From assembly GCA_964016885.1 (NCBI GenBank), contig OZ024741.1:230330001-230394000 (forward strand): 64,000 nucleotides of DNA, read 5' to 3'. Each line of letters starts with the position of its first letter. Positions within the stretch are counted from its first letter, which is position 1. The DNA is from Eledone cirrhosa (Eukaryota). The notes under the pieces were generated by a model. The model saw only the letters and a program-made list of their open reading frames with translations. It did no database searches and was not told the origin of the DNA. Both the position numbers and the translations under genes were made by a program. This document shows positions 59,782-64,000 of the stretch, piece after piece.

Positions 59782-60158
59782 CTAACTGACAATAGTATGA
59801 ACTTTATATAACCTTTTACTTCATTCTATATGTAAAGTTTTCAATCAACCAAATACAACGCCTATTGTATTTCTAGCACATTGGAGGACTTTGGGGTGAG
59901 GCTGAAATCCGACTTCAGTCGGCAAATAAAGAGTTCTGGCAAACCATTCACTTCATTAATAAGAAGTCCTCCTCCACAATCATGAACGCATCTTTAGGAT
60001 ATTATTTGCAGATGTATCTTTAGATGATATAGTTGAATACAGATCAGTATAGATCTCTTTCCCGTTTTCTTAGGTATTATATTTACCGAAATATTGAGAA
60101 TATATAAGATAAATAATTTATACAAACATCTATAGAAACTACATAGCATAAAATATAC

Positions 60159-60293
60159 CTTTTTGACAATTGTACCCACGATAACCTTCAGCACAACCAT
60201 CTGAACATTTTCCATTTTCTCTGTCACAGTTTATGTTGTTGATACAATGACATGTTCCATTACAATCTAAACCAAAGGTTCCTTCTTCACATG
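60159..60293 (-). CDS. 135-nt EGF-like exon, tandem copy 2
   Basis: Intact AG/GT; ACEEGTFGLDCNGTCHCINNINCDRENGKCSDGCAEGYRGYNCQK. Confidence 0.85.
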
Positions 60294-61278
60294 CTGTATA
60301 TACCAATATAGACGAAATAATTAAGTTATCATTAATTACATACTATTATAGAGATATAAATGAGAAATCAATGATACTATTTATTCCATATCAATAAATA
60401 TCTAATAAGCCTGTGTTTAGATTAGAGCGGCCTTATGACAAAGAAATGAAATTGAATTCGTGCAATAAATGAAATTTAGATACACCACATTACATAAAGT
60501 AAAATTAATATTGGAACAAAATGTATTGAAAATAACCTTTTCCACGGCCGAATCTGTAGGAGCTTCTATAACAGCTACCTGGCTATGATCCTTTGATGTT
60601 GGTACGTATTTTAGTACAATAACAGTAACGATTACACTTAAGACCAAATTGATGATTAGGAGATTCAGAACTATAAATGCGTATATGTGAGACTAAGATT
60701 ATGACAATGTATAGATTTTAAGATATTCTTACTCTATTGCTGTCATATGTTTTACGTACACTGGAAAGATTAAAAATATTATTATCATAGTTTCAATTTG
60801 TATGTACAAAATGGTAATCACTTTGATATTTTAACTATTCTGGATTAAGTTATGCATTATATGTGTCACATACTGAGTGTCGAGTTTTAATTGTCTGCTT
60901 AATTTCGTTATTAAGGATAAATTTTCGGTGCCTGTTTGTTCTTATTTCAACATTTAAGTGTATGGTGATTCCTAATCAGTTTTGGGTTAAGTTTAGCTAT
61001 TAGCATCACTTCTTTGATTCTTCTGTTGCTGATATTCCTATCCCTGGCTTTAATATTATGTTATGTCTTTGCTAACGTTTCGGTATTTGTCTATATAGAG
61101 ATTGTATAAACATAAATTATCCAATATATGCATGACGTTCTTTATCACTACAAACATTAGTTTTCTCTTTTACATGTCAGAAACTCTCTTATTATATTTA
61201 TATATACCAGAGATGATACTATAGTCATGATATATAAAACTATTCTGTTTCTCATCATTGGGGATGCGGAAATATGTA

Positions 61279-61378
61279 GGAGGTTAACTTTGCCTTTCAT
61301 CCTTACGGGGGTCGATAAAATAAAGTACCAGTAATACACTGGGATAATTGCTGGCCTTGTGCCAAAAGTAGAAATAAT
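61279..61378 (+). mobile_element. tRNA-derived SINE, 3' half
   Basis: Core and 3' end match the family. Confidence 0.8.
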
Positions 61379-61589
61379 TATTGTAGTAGTAAATCTAGCA
61401 GTACAACTGAAATGAAGTTCTAAAATGGTAATTATAGCATCTTTATTAATTAATTGTTTCTCTATATTACTTCATTTCTATTGTGTTAAATTGAATTACA
61501 ACAATGTACAAATACACACATATACAAACAGACACACCTTGGTATGCACACACACGCACAAATACTAACGCACACACGCACACACAAAT

Positions 61590-61653
<64 letters not shown>

Positions 61654-62174
61654 GATGATGATCATGTTTTGCAATAAATAAGTTCAGAGCATCAATTATT
61701 TAAATTTAAAGATATATCTAGACATAAAAAAAGCATATGTTTTTGAGAAACACATAACGTTCTGTACACAACGATATATGCTTCTTTCTCTCTACATATA
61801 TCTTCTAAATTTTATTTGTAAATATTTAATAGTATTTCTAACTGACAATAGTATGAACTTGTGTAACTTTTTACTCCATTCTATATGTAAAGTTTTCAAT
61901 CAACCATAATACAACGCCTATTGTAATTCTAGCACATTGGAGGACTTTGAGGGCAAGCTAAAATCCGACTTCAGTTCAGCAAATTAAGAGTTCTCGCAAA
62001 CCATTCACTTCAATAAAAAGAAGTCCTCCTCCACAATCATGAACGCATCTTTAGGATATTGTTTAGCAGATGTATCTTTAGATAATATAGTTGAATACAG
62101 ATCAGTATAGATCTCTTTCCCGTTTTCCTAGGTATAATATTTGCCGAAATATTGAGAATATATAAGATAAATAA

Positions 62175-62358
62175 AGGGCGGTGGATTGGCAGTATCGGTA
62201 GAGAATCGAACGCCATGCTTTCCAGCATAGTTACGTCACTTTACAGTCTGAGTTAAAATCCTGTCGAGGTTAACTTTGCCTTTCATCCTTACGGGGTCGA
62301 TAAAATAAAGTACCAGTAATGTACTGGATAATTATGGCCTTGTGCCAAAAGTAAAAAC
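62175..62358 (+). mobile_element. Full-length SINE with 18-bp target site duplication
   Basis: aatatataagataaataa at 62157-62174 and 62359-62376; empty site in the paralogous unit near 60099. Confidence 0.92.
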
Positions 62359-62418
62359 AATATATAAGATAAATAATTTCTACAAACATCTATAGAAATT
62401 AAATAGCATAAAATATAC

Positions 62419-62553
62419 CTTTTTGACAATTGTACCCACGATAACCTTTAGCACAACCATCTGAACATGTTCCATTTTCTCTGTCACAGTTTATGTTGTT
62501 GATACAATGACATGTTCCATTACAATCTAGACCAAACTTTTCTTCTTCACATG
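62419..62553 (-). CDS. 135-nt EGF-like exon, tandem copy 3
   Basis: Intact AG/GT; ACEEEKFGLDCNGTCHCINNINCDRENGTCSDGCAKGYRGYNCQK. Confidence 0.85.
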
Positions 62554-63127
62554 CTGTATATACGAATATAGACAAAATAATTAAGTTATCATTAATTATA
62601 TACTTTTATAGGGATATAAATGAAAAATCATTGATATAATTTATTCCATATCAATAAATATCTAATAAGCCTGTGTTTAGATTAGAGTGGACTTATGACA
62701 AAATAATGAAATTGAATTCGTGCAATGAATGAAATTTAGATACACCACATTATATAAAGTAAAATTATTGAAAATAACCTTTTGCACGGTTGAATCTGTA
62801 GTAGCTTCTATAACAGCTACCTGGCTATGATCCTTTGATGTTGGTACGTATTTTAGTACAATAACAGTAACGATTACACTTAAGACCAAATTGATGATTA
62901 GGAAATTCAGAACTATAAATGCGTATATGTGAGACTAAGATTATGACAATGTATAGATTTTAAGATATTCTTACTCTTTCGGTCATTTGTTTTACGTACA
63001 CTGGAGATAAAAAAAAATATTCCTATCCCTTTCGATAAAATATTTCAAATGAAGACAGTGGAACGGTAGTTATGGAAGATCAAATAATGAAATAATACTG
63101 GTAAAACAAATTTGTTGAAATATGAAT

Positions 63128-63428
63128 TATATATATATAAAACTGAGGATGTCTGTCTGTGTGTGTGTGTGAGTTTGACTCCCTAAAACTCGAGAACCAC
63201 CCAACCGACTATTTTCAAACTTTACACAAGTAATACTTATGTTTCAGGGAGTGTACTGAGCAAAGGAAAGTCAAATTTTCAATGCCCTAGGGACCGCATT
63301 AGGCGATTTAGCGATCTCTCTCTATAATTCTTTGTCTTTCTCTTTTTAGATAGATACATACATATTACATCGCACCCTTATATCTATCTGTATGTCTGGC
63401 TGTCTGCATTACGTATCTTCCCTGAGGA

Positions 63429-63461
<33 letters not shown>

Positions 63462-63880
63462 GTGAGTTTGAATCCCTAAAACTCGAGAAGTACCCAACCG
63501 ACCTTTTTCAAACTTTACATGTGTATTACTTATGTTTCAGGGAGTGTTATGCACATAAACAAATTCAACTTTTTGATCTCCTAGGGCCCGCATTAGTTGA
63601 AAAACTGCGTTTTTTTCAGGTTTTTAGGTTTTTTTTTAGTCGTTACGTTTGAAATTGTAACTATGTATTAGTCAGTTTCTTGTTCATTCCGTGAGCAAAG
63701 AAAATCCAACTTTTTTTAGGCCGCATTAGGTTAAAACCTTAATTTTTTCAGTTTTTAGGGCTTTTTTGAGGGGTTACATCTAGCCGATTTTCCCGAAATT
63801 TCAAGGCATATTATGCACATACAAAAAAATTCACTTTCTTAATCCCCTAGGGCCCGCATTAGGTGAAAACCTGCATTTTT
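63128..63880 (+). mobile_element. Non-autonomous Helitron-like element with internal tandem duplication
   Basis: tatatatataaaactgaggatgtctgtctgt..aaaactcgagaa..ccaaccga..tttcaaactttaca occurs at 63143 and 63422; cctagggcccgcattag subrepeats; family assignment from memory of such elements. Confidence 0.45.
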
Positions 63881-64000
63881 CCTACTTCATCGAGAAAAAT
63901 CTTAAAGATTATCCAGTCATCAGAGTATTCGGTTTCTTTTCATATAGTCCACATATGTAGTTTTTCCACGATTAGGACAATTGGCGGCCCGCGTTCCAAA

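Noticed and set aside
63880-63935. CUGAUGA on the minus strand as a further hammerhead
   Set aside because: No properly placed GAAA, loop III and closing stem I

Overview
Eukaryotic, animal-like DNA (SINE, microsatellite and LINE content suggest a cephalopod or other mollusc; this is inference) that is almost entirely transposon-derived. 1-24.9 kb is a nest of decayed R4/Dong-type RLE LINEs, Tx1/L1-type LINEs and a tRNA-derived SINE, with junctions at (AAT)n/(ATT)n tracts. 25.6-29.6 kb is an intact CR1-group LINE inside (TA)n. Its ORF1 has Myb-like and CCCH motifs; its ORF2 (APE-RT) has no upstream AUG and is preceded by a candidate -1 frameshift signal. 32.2-42.2 kb is a Penelope-like element (PLE; RT plus GIY-YIG, Naiad-like) enclosed by a ~4 kb near-perfect inverted repeat, with a minimal hammerhead ribozyme (HHR) at each outer end. 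A second PLE, further PLE remnants and four more HHR motifs lie between 43 and 58 kb. The rest holds a 6 kb TA-based microsatellite, a 200-N gap, a mariner fossil, and three tandemly duplicated 135-nt EGF-like exons of a minus-strand host gene. Most long Y/I-rich ORFs in the track are microsatellite artefacts. All analysis was by eye; no database searches or folding programs were run.
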